DNA of 34,351 nt from Bdellovibrionota bacterium FG-2 (GCA_051382305.1 JBBCAV010000393.1:1-34351); one strand, 5' to 3'; numbered from the stretch's first letter, positions 18,225 through 28,184 are shown. Notes: generated from the letters alone by a model not told the origin. Made by a program: numbers and translations.

Positions 18225-19331
18225 TCAGGGAAGTGGGGCGGAAAGCTTTTGGGGAACAAAGACCACAGTTGCGTAGTTGCGATCTTTAAGGGCCTGAAGA
18301 AAACCATCCATCACCAGGACGTCTTGTTCGTGAATATCGTGAAAGAGAATCGTTCCTGGTTTGTTTTGGTCAAGAATTGTAACGAGATTCTTTAGAAGCT
18401 CGGCTGGGTCTCTTAGCTTCCAATCCATCGAATCCATGTTCCAAAAGAAACTGACGAGGCCCTGTTCGGCCACATATTTTGACAAAACCTCGTTTGTCGC
18501 TCCATAGGGGAACCTAAAGAATGGAAAAGTTTCGCCGATTGCCACCTCAACGGCGCGGCGGCCCCGATCAATTTGGGAAAACGCCCCGGGGAGGTCTGTT
18601 TCGGCGAGTTTGGGCAAATTGGGGTGGTCCCAAGTATGTGATCCGATGGAGTGGCCTTGGGCAAGTACGGCTTGGGAAACTTTCGGGCGAGCGTGAGCTT
18701 GAAACCCGAGTTCAAAAAAGGTGGCGCGAACGCCCCAGCTTTTGAGGATTGCGAGAATGCGGCGCGTGCGAGTGGGGTGGGGGCCGTCGTCGAGGGTAAT
18801 GGCTATTTCGCCCCGCTTAAGTCCCCCCGTTGTTGTTCTCGAGCCCGTCGTAGATGGATCGATTTGTTTTTCGAGACTCGGAAGGCGATGGGCGTCCGGG
18901 TCTGGGGGAAGTGAGGGCTGTGTATCAAGAGTTTGGATCTTATTTCGGGTATTTTTGTGGGTATTCTTCCAATGACTCTTGAGTTTTTCTAGCAGGTTTT
19001 CCGAGCAGGGCCATCGTTCTTGGTTCAGCGGAGATTCAAGCTCTGCTTCAAAAAGGGCAAGATCCTGTGAAGAAAGCGTGAGCAGGGCGTCGCATAGCTC
19101 GGACGAGGCCCCTGCTTGCGCCCGAAAACGCGCGAAGAGATCGCGAGGAGTGAGGCCGCTGGATTCCCATTCAAACAGGCTTTGCGCGCTTGCGTTTGCG
19201 GCGAGACTTTCGTTCAAGGCATGCGTGTAGATGTTCTCAGCTGCAAGCGAACTTGCGTCCGTGACGTTTACAACAAAAACCAGTGAGCAAAAAAGTAGAT
19301 TGAGTCGCAAGATGGCGGCTTTATATTTCAA
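18225..19331 (-). CDS. Secreted polysaccharide/peptidoglycan deacetylase (CE4/NodB) with N-terminal helical extension
   Basis: TLDDGP, GSHTWDH, FRFPYG, DSMDW, ILFHD motifs; signal peptide. Confidence 0.92.
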   Translation of the reverse strand: MKYKAAILRLNLLFCSLVFVVNVTDASSLAAENIYTHALNESLAANASAQSLFEWESSGLTPRDLFARFRAQAGASSELCDALLTLSSQDLALFEAELESPLNQERWPCSENLLEKLKSHWKNTHKNTRNKIQTLDTQPSLPPDPDAHRLPSLEKQIDPSTTGSRTTTGGLKRGEIAITLDDGPHPTRTRRILAILKSWGVRATFFELGFQAHARPKVSQAVLAQGHSIGSHTWDHPNLPKLAETDLPGAFSQIDRGRRAVEVAIGETFPFFRFPYGATNEVLSKYVAEQGLVSFFWNMDSMDWKLRDPAELLKNLVTILDQNKPGTILFHDIHEQDVLVMDGFLQALKDRNYATVVFVPQKLSAPLP

Positions 19332-19337
19332 GCTGTT

Positions 19338-20708
19338 CTAATTGGGTAATGAAAAAAACCGCGAAGTTAAGTTCATAGGAAGATTTAGCGGTTCGCAAGG
19401 AGTGGGATTGGGCTCAGGGCTGAGTTCCGCCGAGCTATCCCAGTCAAAACCAAAAGCTTTGCCGAAATACTGGGCTGCGTCTTTGCTTTCCAGGAGAAGC
19501 GCGATTTCTCGATTATTAACCACGGAGTTTCGCGTGCCATTGATGGAGCTCACAAGGGCCTTATTGCGATCGATCAAATATCCCTTGTTATGAATGTAGG
19601 AGATTTGAGTGTTTTGTGTGTTCACGATTCGGGCTGCAAGGGGTAGCTTCTCACAGCGCGCTGCTTGAAGAAGGAGTCTCGCAGTTATTTCGTTGGGCTT
19701 CTTCGTCGCAACCGGCAGAGGTTCGGGCGATGGGCTTTGTGCGCCTAGTAGTAGAAGACGTCCAAATGCGTCTTCGTCATTGAGTAACACGCGAACTGAA
19801 ACTCCTCGCCGAGCTGCCGCAATCATTTCGGCAACAAGCGGGCTGAGCACGGGAGTGGGGTCCTTCCATTGGCTTGGCAGAGACATCTGCTCCACATCCA
19901 GGTGATCCTTGGCGGAGCGCATAAGGGAAACTAGACCCTCCAGAGAGTTGGGCGAGCTCAAGATTTCCATGTGAGTCACATCGCCTTTGCCAATGGGGAT
20001 GGCTTTTAGGGTACGTTTGCCCGGGGCTGCTACCGCTGATTCTGGGGTTGTTGGGGCGGGGAGCGCAGAGGCTCCGGTCCATTCGATCACGTCTCCGGGG
20101 GAAAAATCGGTGTCCTGGTCAAAGATCGCTCTCATTTTCGAGGCAAGAGCGGAACTTTCGATCACCGTTTCCCAACCCCGATTGCCAACATAACCGCCGT
20201 TGGGATGTCCTGATCCTGTAAAGTTCTCTGAGGAGACGAGGACATTGACTCCGTCGGCAATGACATATTTCGCGTGGTCAAAGGCAAAGCGTCTCTGCAC
20301 GGTGGTGTTTTCACTAGGCATGCTCGTCATGAGGAAAAGTCGGCTTGATGGGGAATTTCGATCCATCGCCGTACGAAGTAATTGAAGCGTCTCTTGTCCT
20401 TTTGAAGTGATTTTGCCTACGGGCTGACCTTCGATAAGGATCTCGACTTTTACACCTTTTTTGATTTGACTGATCAGTGCTTTTGCCACTGGGGGGGAGT
20501 CAAACTGGTAGATGTTAATGATGAGCTCTTTTTTAGCGGAATTAATGACCGATAAAAGGAGTCCCTGTGAATTATCTGGCGAGAGTCCAAATCGCGCCGG
20601 ATAAGCCTGCGCCATGGAGTCTCCCCAGGTGGCGCCTAAGGTATAGGCGAGACAGAATAAGAAAACACGCGTAAGCCTGTTTCGGAATTTCATCGTTTTC
20701 GGTCCCAT
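19338..20708 (-). CDS. Secreted phospholipase D-like protein
   Basis: Two HKD motifs (HAKYVIAD...SSEN; HNKGYLID...SSIN, NRE); signal peptide. Confidence 0.9.
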   Translation of the reverse strand: MGPKTMKFRNRLTRVFLFCLAYTLGATWGDSMAQAYPARFGLSPDNSQGLLLSVINSAKKELIINIYQFDSPPVAKALISQIKKGVKVEILIEGQPVGKITSKGQETLQLLRTAMDRNSPSSRLFLMTSMPSENTTVQRRFAFDHAKYVIADGVNVLVSSENFTGSGHPNGGYVGNRGWETVIESSALASKMRAIFDQDTDFSPGDVIEWTGASALPAPTTPESAVAAPGKRTLKAIPIGKGDVTHMEILSSPNSLEGLVSLMRSAKDHLDVEQMSLPSQWKDPTPVLSPLVAEMIAAARRGVSVRVLLNDEDAFGRLLLLGAQSPSPEPLPVATKKPNEITARLLLQAARCEKLPLAARIVNTQNTQISYIHNKGYLIDRNKALVSSINGTRNSVVNNREIALLLESKDAAQYFGKAFGFDWDSSAELSPEPNPTPCEPLNLPMNLTSRFFSLPN

Positions 20709-20840
20709 ATTCCCCCCAATGGAATTCGCTTGGATGAACTCGTTTGCTGCCTCACCTTAGCATGAGTTTTTAATTCGACAATGGCGGAATGGCCCCTTGC
20801 AGTGTTAATGTCTAGAAAACGAATTAGGGGATGGTGGTTT

Positions 20841-21491
20841 ATGTTGCGTTGCATAAAACAGCTTGTTGCAGTATTGGGTTTTGCCCTTTTCCCGGCGGTA
20901 GGCTGGGCTGCGACATTTGGGTTAGATGTTGGAGTTTCATGGGGTTATGGTTCTATTGGAAATTCAAATGGATATTATCCTTCGCGCTCAACCACTTCGC
21001 TTACAATTCTTCTTTTTCCCAATTTTAATCGGCGCTTTCCGGTTTCTAAGTACTTTGACACGCCGTTTACCGGGAAGTTGGGTTTGTTGGGGGGGTATCA
21101 TTTTTTGGGTCAGTTCGCGAACCCCGAGGATTTTGTGACAGCGGATGGGGACGGGGTGAAGAACGCGGACGGTGCTGACCTTCGGGGACGAGGGGGAGCC
21201 TTGGGGTTGGGCGTAGGTGTGGATATCAAGTCATTTTCGATTGTGGGATCGCTTGATTTTTTTGGTTGGCACACGAATCCCCCATTTATACCGGCGACGG
21301 ACATTACTTATGGGGCGTTGCGGGGCGGGCGACTCCTTTTGGGGTATCAGATTAAACCCATGTTCTCGATCAGTCTTAATTTGGAACATGCTAGTTTTGG
21401 GAATTTAGCAGTGAGCGGGCAATCAAAGAGTATTCGCGATAACATGCTTGAGATGAATACTATCGGAATCGGGAGCCGAATTTCCTACTAA
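20841..21491 (+). CDS. Putative small outer-membrane beta-barrel protein
   Basis: Signal peptide ending AVGWA; Gly/aromatic-rich alternating strands; C-terminal IGIGSRISY. Confidence 0.6.
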   Translation: MLRCIKQLVAVLGFALFPAVGWAATFGLDVGVSWGYGSIGNSNGYYPSRSTTSLTILLFPNFNRRFPVSKYFDTPFTGKLGLLGGYHFLGQFANPEDFVTADGDGVKNADGADLRGRGGALGLGVGVDIKSFSIVGSLDFFGWHTNPPFIPATDITYGALRGGRLLLGYQIKPMFSISLNLEHASFGNLAVSGQSKSIRDNMLEMNTIGIGSRISY

Positions 21492-22156
21492 TGTTTAAGG
21501 TAACTTTAAAGACACTCTCTGTTCAGATCTGGATCGTGTTCGCCCTGATTGTTTTTGGGGTCCCCGCTCAGGGATTTGCTGATTTGCCTCCCCAGGAGAG
21601 TTCCAAAAAAACCGCCGAAAAAGAAGAAGCGCAAATTCCTAAGGTTCCCAAGGCGCCCTTGAATATGCCGAGGCTCAATCCTTCCGGAACGTTTCGTTGT
21701 CAGCGAACGTTCCTCTACCAGGGGGCGCAGTTGGGATGTGATTCTGATGTTCGGCAAGATGCTGCAAAACTTCGCCCCATTCTTCAAAAATCTCCTGAGG
21801 CCCTCGCTGAGCTCGATATTTATCAAAAGAGCCGTGCGTATAATGCGATGAATGCGTATGTGAGCACGATTGGTGTTTTAGCGACAGTGGCTTCGGTTTT
21901 TTTGAGCAATCGGTTTCTCTATGGGGATGGCGCAATGGTGCCGTCTCAAAAAGCCCTGCTTTCGCCCAAAGGTCAACGCATTCGAGATTTGTTATTTTTT
22001 GGGGGCGCCTGGGTTGCGGGCAATTCGTTTCTCTTTGGGTTAGGGGCCCTGCACACCAATGAGCTTCGGCTGCAGCACGCGGTGGAAGTTTACAATCGCT
22101 CGTATCCTGAAGATCCGGTGGAGTTGCAGATTCAGGTTAGGATTCCGATTCTATAG
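21491..22156 (+). CDS. Hypothetical exported/membrane protein
   Basis: TAATG coupling to upstream gene; signal peptide, Cys pair, two hydrophobic segments, AVEVYN. Confidence 0.7.
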   Translation: MFKVTLKTLSVQIWIVFALIVFGVPAQGFADLPPQESSKKTAEKEEAQIPKVPKAPLNMPRLNPSGTFRCQRTFLYQGAQLGCDSDVRQDAAKLRPILQKSPEALAELDIYQKSRAYNAMNAYVSTIGVLATVASVFLSNRFLYGDGAMVPSQKALLSPKGQRIRDLLFFGGAWVAGNSFLFGLGALHTNELRLQHAVEVYNRSYPEDPVELQIQVRIPIL

Positions 22157-23335
22157 TGTTTTATGGCTAGCTCTTATTAGCGTCACCCACGCCAGCACTC
22201 CGATGATCGCCGTAATCGCGGCGGCCGAAAAAAGCGGCGAGCGCCGACTCACGGAATCGAAAAACCATCCTGCAATCGGAGGCCCGAGCACGCGGGCGAG
22301 ACTTCCGGCGGATTGAAAAACGCCCATCACAATGCCTTTGTTTGCGCGCGAACTTCCGCGCGAGGCGAGGCTGGAGAGTGTGGGGTGTAAGAGTCCATGT
22401 CCTAGGGACATAATCACGAGGGCCGCAACGAGCAGTCTGGGGTCGGGGGCCAGCGCAAAACCCAAGAGGCCCATTGAACAAAGCAGCGCGCCGCCCGTAA
22501 CAAGTTTGGATTCTCCAAAAAATTTAACGAGCCGACCGATGAGGCCTCCTTGAATGAGGACCATGATGATGCCCGAAAGCGCGAGTAGCATCCCTGCGGT
22601 GCGAGCATCGTAGTGAAAAGTGGCGCTCAGGTAGAGGGCGAAAATGGCCTCCATCTGGGTCATCGCAAAGGTGACACCAAAAAATAATAAAATAGCAATC
22701 CGTTCCGTGCGTTCTGAGAAAGCGATTTTAAGGGCTGCCACATCGAAACGTCGGTTGCGATTTTGGGTACGGATCTCTTCGGAGATCTTTGGTTCTTCAA
22801 GTTTAAAGGCTGCGTAGACGAGATTGATCGAGGCCAGTCCCGCAGCCGCGAACATGGGGACTGAATAGCCCCATTGCGACAAAACGCCCCCGATGGCTGG
22901 GCCAAAAATGAAGCCCAGGCCGAAACCTGCGCCGATGATGCCCATTCCTTTGGCGCGATTGGATTCGTCGGTAACGTCGGCGATATAGGCATAGGCTGTC
23001 GAGATGCTAGCACCAAAAATTCCGGCTAAGAAGCGTCCGATAAAGAGGAGGAGTAATGTGTGGGCGAAGCCCAAGATCGTCATGGAGATGATAGTCCCCA
23101 CGAGGCACCCCAATAAGACGGGGCGTCGCCCAAATCGATCGGAGATGCGGCCCCAAAATGGTGCAAAAATAAATTGCATGAGCGAAAAAGACGTCATGAG
23201 CCAACCCAGTTCCCACGCGGAGGCGCCAAACGTCTGCGCGTAGTAGGGAAGGATGGGGATGACGATGCCAAATCCCACAAGGTCGATAAAGACGATGAGG
23301 AAAATATTTAGGAGAGAATTCCTATTAAGGGACAT
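22151..23335 (-). CDS. MFS transporter, TetA/DHA1 family
   Basis: GRISDRFGRRPVL motif A, AYIADVT, GFIFGPAIGG motif C; start reassigned to ATG 23335. Confidence 0.93.
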   Translation of the reverse strand: MSLNRNSLLNIFLIVFIDLVGFGIVIPILPYYAQTFGASAWELGWLMTSFSLMQFIFAPFWGRISDRFGRRPVLLGCLVGTIISMTILGFAHTLLLLFIGRFLAGIFGASISTAYAYIADVTDESNRAKGMGIIGAGFGLGFIFGPAIGGVLSQWGYSVPMFAAAGLASINLVYAAFKLEEPKISEEIRTQNRNRRFDVAALKIAFSERTERIAILLFFGVTFAMTQMEAIFALYLSATFHYDARTAGMLLALSGIIMVLIQGGLIGRLVKFFGESKLVTGGALLCSMGLLGFALAPDPRLLVAALVIMSLGHGLLHPTLSSLASRGSSRANKGIVMGVFQSAGSLARVLGPPIAGWFFDSVSRRSPLFSAAAITAIIGVLAWVTLIRASHKTL

Positions 23336-23376
23336 GGAGAGGGGATAGCGCAAAACCCGGCCCGCTGCAAGCGGTA

Positions 23377-25179
23377 CTAAGCCGCCTTTGGCAGTGTCTT
23401 GGGTGCGGCCATCGGTTTAAGGTGTGTGAGGGATTTTCCCGTGGCAACGCCGAGGTACAGAGCCGCGTTGATGAGTGCAATGTGGGAGGCTGCACAGGGG
23501 AAATTTCCGCCGATTTTACCGGTCGAAGGGTGAAGTGTTTCCCCAAAAAGCCCGAGCGGAGTGGCGAAGCTACAGAGTTCCGCCAGCCGGTCCCGAGCCT
23601 CGCCGGGTTTTCCTTGGAGTGCAATGCACGCCGCAAGCATAAGACTGCTTGGAATATGAAGAGTGCCATTGCCAGAGGAGAGTTCGGCGGCCTCGATTCT
23701 GTGAATGAGAACGCCTTGGGATAGTGTATTTTGAATGGCGTCAACGGTTTCGGAGACTCGTGGATCTTCGATGGATAAAAACCCAACGAGCGGAATAAGC
23801 AGAACGGAGGAATCAAGCTCCGAACTCCCAAACGATCGGATGAAACTTCGGCGTTTCGGATTGTACCCTTGCTCACAGACGGTACGGTGAATGATTTCGC
23901 GTTCTTCGATCCAGCGGCGGGAGGGAAAACGGCTTGTGTTTTTGTAGAGCGAAATCACGCGATCCAGAGCAACCCAGCACATGATTTTGGAGGTGACAAA
24001 GTGTTCGGCTCGTCCCACCGCTTCATGGGGACCATGATCCGGCCGTTTCCAAATTTCACAAACCGTGTCGGCGAGTTCGGCAAGCCTCTGCGCAGTCTTT
24101 TCCGTGAGCAGCGGCCTTGATTTGAGATGTTCATAAAGCCCCAACATGAGATGGCCGTAGATGTCGAGTTGGAATCGTCGGGCGGACTGGTTGCCTACAC
24201 GAACGGGGCGAACACCTTGGTAGCCCATCAAATCGGGGAGTTCGTGCTCCGTGAGTTTCCGTCCACCATCCAAAGAATAGACAGGTTGAAGGTCTTCGGC
24301 CCCATCGCGAAGCAAAAGGCAATGGAGCCAGTGGCCAAGCGCCTGAGCTTCGTCAAAAAGTCCCAGGGCGTTGAGCGCCTGATAAGTGAGTCCTGAGTCG
24401 CGAATTTGCACGTTTCGATCGTCATGTTGTGAGGTGGTGGCTGCCCCAGCGATCGTTCCTGTGTGAGGAGAGAAAAGTGTGCGTAGCACGAGGGTGCTTC
24501 GCGCAACCCATTCATGCCAGGGGCCCGCAAAAAAGCAGCTTGGCAGTTGGCAACGGTGTGCAATGGTTCGCCATGCATCAATGGTTGGTCCCGGAAAGCT
24601 ATGGGGGGCGCGGCGAAAACTACGTCCCCAAACCCATTGAAACTGAGTGCTCTGTTTATTTTCGAGGCTGAAGGTCGCTGACGTGGCGTCACGCAGCGAC
24701 AGCTGGGTCCGAAGGCGGCCTAATTCATCGGGAGTAGCGCCGCGAAACAAGAATCCATCGGAGAGGGGTTCTGAGATTCCGGGGTGTGATCCATAATTAA
24801 AGCGCGGGACGCAGTGAAGCGACCAGGTGATTTTGCCAGTGATCATTTCGATGCGGCGATTAAGCACTGGGTCGTCTCTCTTGGCGAGGCTTGAGAGTTC
24901 CCAGGGCATCCAATCTAGGAGGATTGCTTCGCCTGTTGCGGTTTTGAAATGGGTTTCCAAAACTTGAGTTTGGGGGAGGTATCTTTGTTGAGAGTGAAAC
25001 TCGCCTTCGGGGCAGATTTGAAAGCGCCCGCCTTTGTTTTCGTCTAGGAGTGCACCGAAGTGGCTGGGAGAGTCGAGGTGCGGAAGGCATAACCAGTCGA
25101 TGGAGCCCCGGCTGCTAATGAGCGCCGTGCTAGCGTGGTTGCCGATGGCAGCATATTCGGACAAGGGGAGGAAGGCCAT
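23377..25179 (-). CDS. Glycoside hydrolase family 15 (trehalase/glucoamylase-like), divergent
   Basis: GSIDWLCLPHLDSPS, GYQGVRPVRVGN, QLDIYG, SKIMCWVALDR, GLFGE, GNFP. Confidence 0.88.
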   Translation of the reverse strand: MAFLPLSEYAAIGNHASTALISSRGSIDWLCLPHLDSPSHFGALLDENKGGRFQICPEGEFHSQQRYLPQTQVLETHFKTATGEAILLDWMPWELSSLAKRDDPVLNRRIEMITGKITWSLHCVPRFNYGSHPGISEPLSDGFLFRGATPDELGRLRTQLSLRDATSATFSLENKQSTQFQWVWGRSFRRAPHSFPGPTIDAWRTIAHRCQLPSCFFAGPWHEWVARSTLVLRTLFSPHTGTIAGAATTSQHDDRNVQIRDSGLTYQALNALGLFDEAQALGHWLHCLLLRDGAEDLQPVYSLDGGRKLTEHELPDLMGYQGVRPVRVGNQSARRFQLDIYGHLMLGLYEHLKSRPLLTEKTAQRLAELADTVCEIWKRPDHGPHEAVGRAEHFVTSKIMCWVALDRVISLYKNTSRFPSRRWIEEREIIHRTVCEQGYNPKRRSFIRSFGSSELDSSVLLIPLVGFLSIEDPRVSETVDAIQNTLSQGVLIHRIEAAELSSGNGTLHIPSSLMLAACIALQGKPGEARDRLAELCSFATPLGLFGETLHPSTGKIGGNFPCAASHIALINAALYLGVATGKSLTHLKPMAAPKTLPKAA

Positions 25180-25340
25180 TTTCGTGGGTGTCCTTGGTTA
25201 TTTCAGGGGTATCCTGGGGTAAAACTAAGCAAGGGGGGGGCCAATTCGGTCCCGTCATCTAATGATAACGCTTGCGAATGACTCGCTGCATTGTCATGGT
25301 GCGTCAATGTTTGTCGGACACAATCTATAAAGAAGATAAA

Positions 25341-25867
25341 ATGTTTAAGAAATCTGCTGTTGTTTTTGGTCTTTGCTTCGCTCTTGCTTGCTGGTGCTAC
25401 AGTTGCGCCTAAAACCTCGCACGCGATCGTAGGAATTGCTACGGGGCTCCTCCCCCGTGATGATTGTTGGGGGTGCATTGATCGCTACGGGAGGATTGAC
25501 GTCGGTGCATGCTCCGGTGTTTTCAGATAGCCGAAGCTATGACGGTTTGCTTATCGGAATCATAGGGCTCGGAGTTGCAGCCGTGGGTCTACTCGTTTTA
25601 GATCAAGACGGATCAAAAGATGTTCAGTTTCAAGCTTTGAGTTCCGAGAGCGCTCAGCGCTTGGGGCTCTCTGCAAATTCCATCGAAACTTACAATTCTG
25701 AACTTGATGAGCTCAACGCGATCAAGAACTCAATTTCTGCGGAACTTTCGCTCACAGAATCGCCCAGTCTTGAAAAGTCTGCTACGCTTTGGAGTGAATA
25801 TCAAGGCAGACTGAGCGCCGAAACAATGCAGGTTGTGAAGGCCGTCGTTGCGCAGGGGCTTCGGTAG
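25341..25867 (+). pseudogene. Exported hypothetical protein gene with two apparent +1 frameshifts
   Basis: Removing one T after ATG 25341 and one G from GGGG 25443-25446 gives a continuous MLRNLLLFLVFASLLLAGATVAPKTSHA-IVGIATG-SSPVMIVGGALIATGG... ORF ending at 25867. Confidence 0.55.
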
Positions 25868-26032
25868 TTTCGGTAACGCCGAGATCCTAAAATTCTGTCT
25901 GTAGCGCCTTGGGTGGGGGAACTTGCGTGGTGGCGCTGGAGGCATGATTGAATCCCACGCTCGCAGTAAAAATCATTTTTGATAAAACAGAAGTTGCAAA
26001 CAGCGGCGATGTAATTCAATCTGCAGTTATTC

Positions 26033-26696
26033 ATGAACACTCTTTTTCCCGAAGAAATCCACAATAAAACAAAAGCTGAATACCTCAGTAAAGAGGATCT
26101 AATTCAAAGAAACACTATTCTTGAATTTGCATTGACCCAAGTGATCCGGGAAAACTACAGACTCAGACAATTAAAAATCACCGATGAGCAGCTGCAGTTG
26201 CTCATGGAAGAATAACTTGGGTCTTTAAGAAAAGAAGTTTATGGGGCCAGTTCTGAGCGCTATAAAAAGCCTGAGAAAAAGGACTCCCCAAAGCCTCCTG
26301 CGAAACCTCGCGTTAAGCAACCCAGTGAGAGATATCCTAATATCCCTGTTAGAGAGCATGTGATCACGATGAGCCCCGCTCCCAATTGTCCCTGCTGTAA
26401 TGATGTGATGAGCGATTCCGGAATGACGGAGGACTCCGAGCAGCTTACAGTGATCCCGAAGAAGTATGAGATAATCTTGAACAAGAAAGTGAAGTACCGC
26501 TGCCAATGCCAGGGCAGCATTGTCACGGCGCCCACTCCCGCTCGAATCATTGAAGGTTCCAGTTATTCTGATGAAATGATCCAAGACGTTGCTCTTTCCA
26601 AGTACTGCGATTTGATCCCGATCCAGAGATATGCTGCGATGGCAGCTAGATCTGGGCTCAAAGATCTCCCACCGCAATCGCTCATTGAATTGACTC
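26033..26696 (+). pseudogene. tnpC: IS66-family transposase, internal stop and 3' truncation
   Basis: ORFs 26033-26215 and 26360-26719 share a frame across TAA 26213-26215 (MEE*LGSLRKEVYGASSER); CPCC...KYRCQC zinc finger and SKYCDLIPIQR; cut at the IS256 left end. Possible GTAA left end at 25966. Confidence 0.85.
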
Positions 26697-28099
26697 GGCA
26701 GAATGCTAAACTTAGTTGAAATTGCAGCATGACCTCACCGCGGTTAGAGTGGGTTCTACCAGGAATCCAAACCAAACCGAAGGAGGTCACGCATGAGCGT
26801 CAAGCTATACAGGGAAGCCCGGAGAATCAATGTTCGTAATCGGAGAGTCGAAGAAATGGTGCAGCATCCCGACTTGGAAAGTGAGAGCAGGCTCTCCATG
26901 ATCCAAATGTTTATCCCACTTGGACTTCAGGCTGTCGAGGACGTGCTACAAAAGGAGGTGCGCAGGCAAGTCGGAGGTGAGCGCCACGATCGGACCGGAT
27001 GCGATAACAAGCGTTGGGGGCAGAATCCTGGGTCAGTGTGTTTAGGGGATCAAAAGCTTAGGATAAACGTACCACGAGTGAGAAACATGCGGACGGGCAA
27101 GGAAGTTCCTCTTCAGAGCTATCGGCGGCTTCAGGACCCCGGCCATTTGGACGAGCTGGCGTTGGCGCGTGTGATTAACGGCATAAGTCAGGGCAAATAC
27201 GAGCGTGCTGCCCAGAAAATTCCCGAGACGTTTGGCATCAAAAAGAGTTCGGTATCTCGAAAGTTTATCCGAGCGTCCGCCAAACGTTTGGAAGAGTTTT
27301 CGAATCGAGATCTGTCAGGCTATGATATCGTGGCCATATTCATCGACGGCAAGTTTTTTGCCGAAAACGAGATGGTCATTGCGCTGGGCGTGACGATTAC
27401 GGGCGAAAAAGTGATCTTGGGCTTCGTCGAGACTTCGACCGAAAACTCCAGGGTCGGCAAGGCTTTTTTAAACGGACTGAAGGAGCGCGGGCTCAATCTC
27501 GATCAAGAAATTCTATTTATCATCGATGGCGGCAAAGGCATCCACAAGGGTATTTGTGAAGTGATGGGCGACAGTGCTCTGATTGCCCGTTGCCAGTGGC
27601 ACAAGCGGGAAAACGTACTTGGTTACCTCGCAAAAGAGCGCAGAGATGAATGGAAGCGAAGGCTTCAGGCTGCCTACGAACAGACAAGCTATGAGCAAGC
27701 AAAGAAAACCCTCGGCGCCCTCAAACAAGAACTTAAGGATATCAATATCTCGGCAGTAGGAAGTCTCGAAGAAGGCATGGACGAGACGCTGATGTTGCAG
27801 CGCCTGGGCATGTTTGAAAAGTTGGGCAGGAGTTTCAAGACGACCAATTGCATTGAAAACGTGAACAAGGGGTTGGAGCTTTATACTGGCCGAGTATGTC
27901 GTTGGCAAAATAGTGATCAACGTCAGCGCTGGGTTGCTACGGCCCTCTTGGAGATTGAACCCAGATTACGAGTAGTGATGGGATATGAGCATTTGAAAGA
28001 ACTTCGAGAAGCGATGAAGAGGTTTGTCGCTGCGAGGAGAAAACAGGAGATCGCGGCATGAGTGTCAGGCCGCAATTTCAACTAAAAAAAGCTTGCGCC
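26697..28099 (+). mobile_element. IS256-family insertion sequence
   Basis: Imperfect ~41-bp IRs: GGCAGAATGCTAAACTTAGTTGAAATTGCAGCATGACCTCA (26697-26737) vs reverse complement of 28059-28099, sharing TTAGTTGAAATTGC. Confidence 0.9.
26793..28061 (+). CDS. IS256-family (Mutator-like) DDE transposase
   Basis: IFIDG, ALGVTITGEKVILG, IIDGGKG, RCQWHKRENV, TTNCIEN. Confidence 0.95.
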   Translation: MSVKLYREARRINVRNRRVEEMVQHPDLESESRLSMIQMFIPLGLQAVEDVLQKEVRRQVGGERHDRTGCDNKRWGQNPGSVCLGDQKLRINVPRVRNMRTGKEVPLQSYRRLQDPGHLDELALARVINGISQGKYERAAQKIPETFGIKKSSVSRKFIRASAKRLEEFSNRDLSGYDIVAIFIDGKFFAENEMVIALGVTITGEKVILGFVETSTENSRVGKAFLNGLKERGLNLDQEILFIIDGGKGIHKGICEVMGDSALIARCQWHKRENVLGYLAKERRDEWKRRLQAAYEQTSYEQAKKTLGALKQELKDINISAVGSLEEGMDETLMLQRLGMFEKLGRSFKTTNCIENVNKGLELYTGRVCRWQNSDQRQRWVATALLEIEPRLRVVMGYEHLKELREAMKRFVAARRKQEIAA

Positions 28100-28184
28100 A
28101 AATGACGCTCACAGTTCTTAGAGAGTCCAATCTAAGATCGACGAAGTCGACTATGGTATTTCGAAGTGATTCAGGCAATTCCAT
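28100..28184 (-). pseudogene. 5' stub of a gene coupled to the antitoxin, truncated by IS256
   Basis: ATG (28184-28182) directly follows the antitoxin TAA; MELPESLRNTIVDFVDLRLDSLRTVSVI reads open up to the IS256 right end. Confidence 0.45.

Noticed and set aside
18164-18307. 48-aa N-terminal extension of the cystathionine beta-synthase ORF
   Set aside because: Overlaps the deacetylase 3' end; a strong GGAGGA RBS supports ATG 18163.
25931-25960. Minus-strand GTGGG-ATTCAAT-CATGC-CTCCAGC-G-CCA resembling a tRNA 3' end at the left border of the mobile region
   Set aside because: T stem pairs poorly, the loop is non-canonical and the acceptor strand differs from the tRNA-Arg fragment; may be chance.
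26213-26215. In-frame TAA in IS66 tnpC as programmed read-through or recoding
   Set aside because: TAA terminates many intact genes here and the element is also truncated; a nonsense mutation is simpler.
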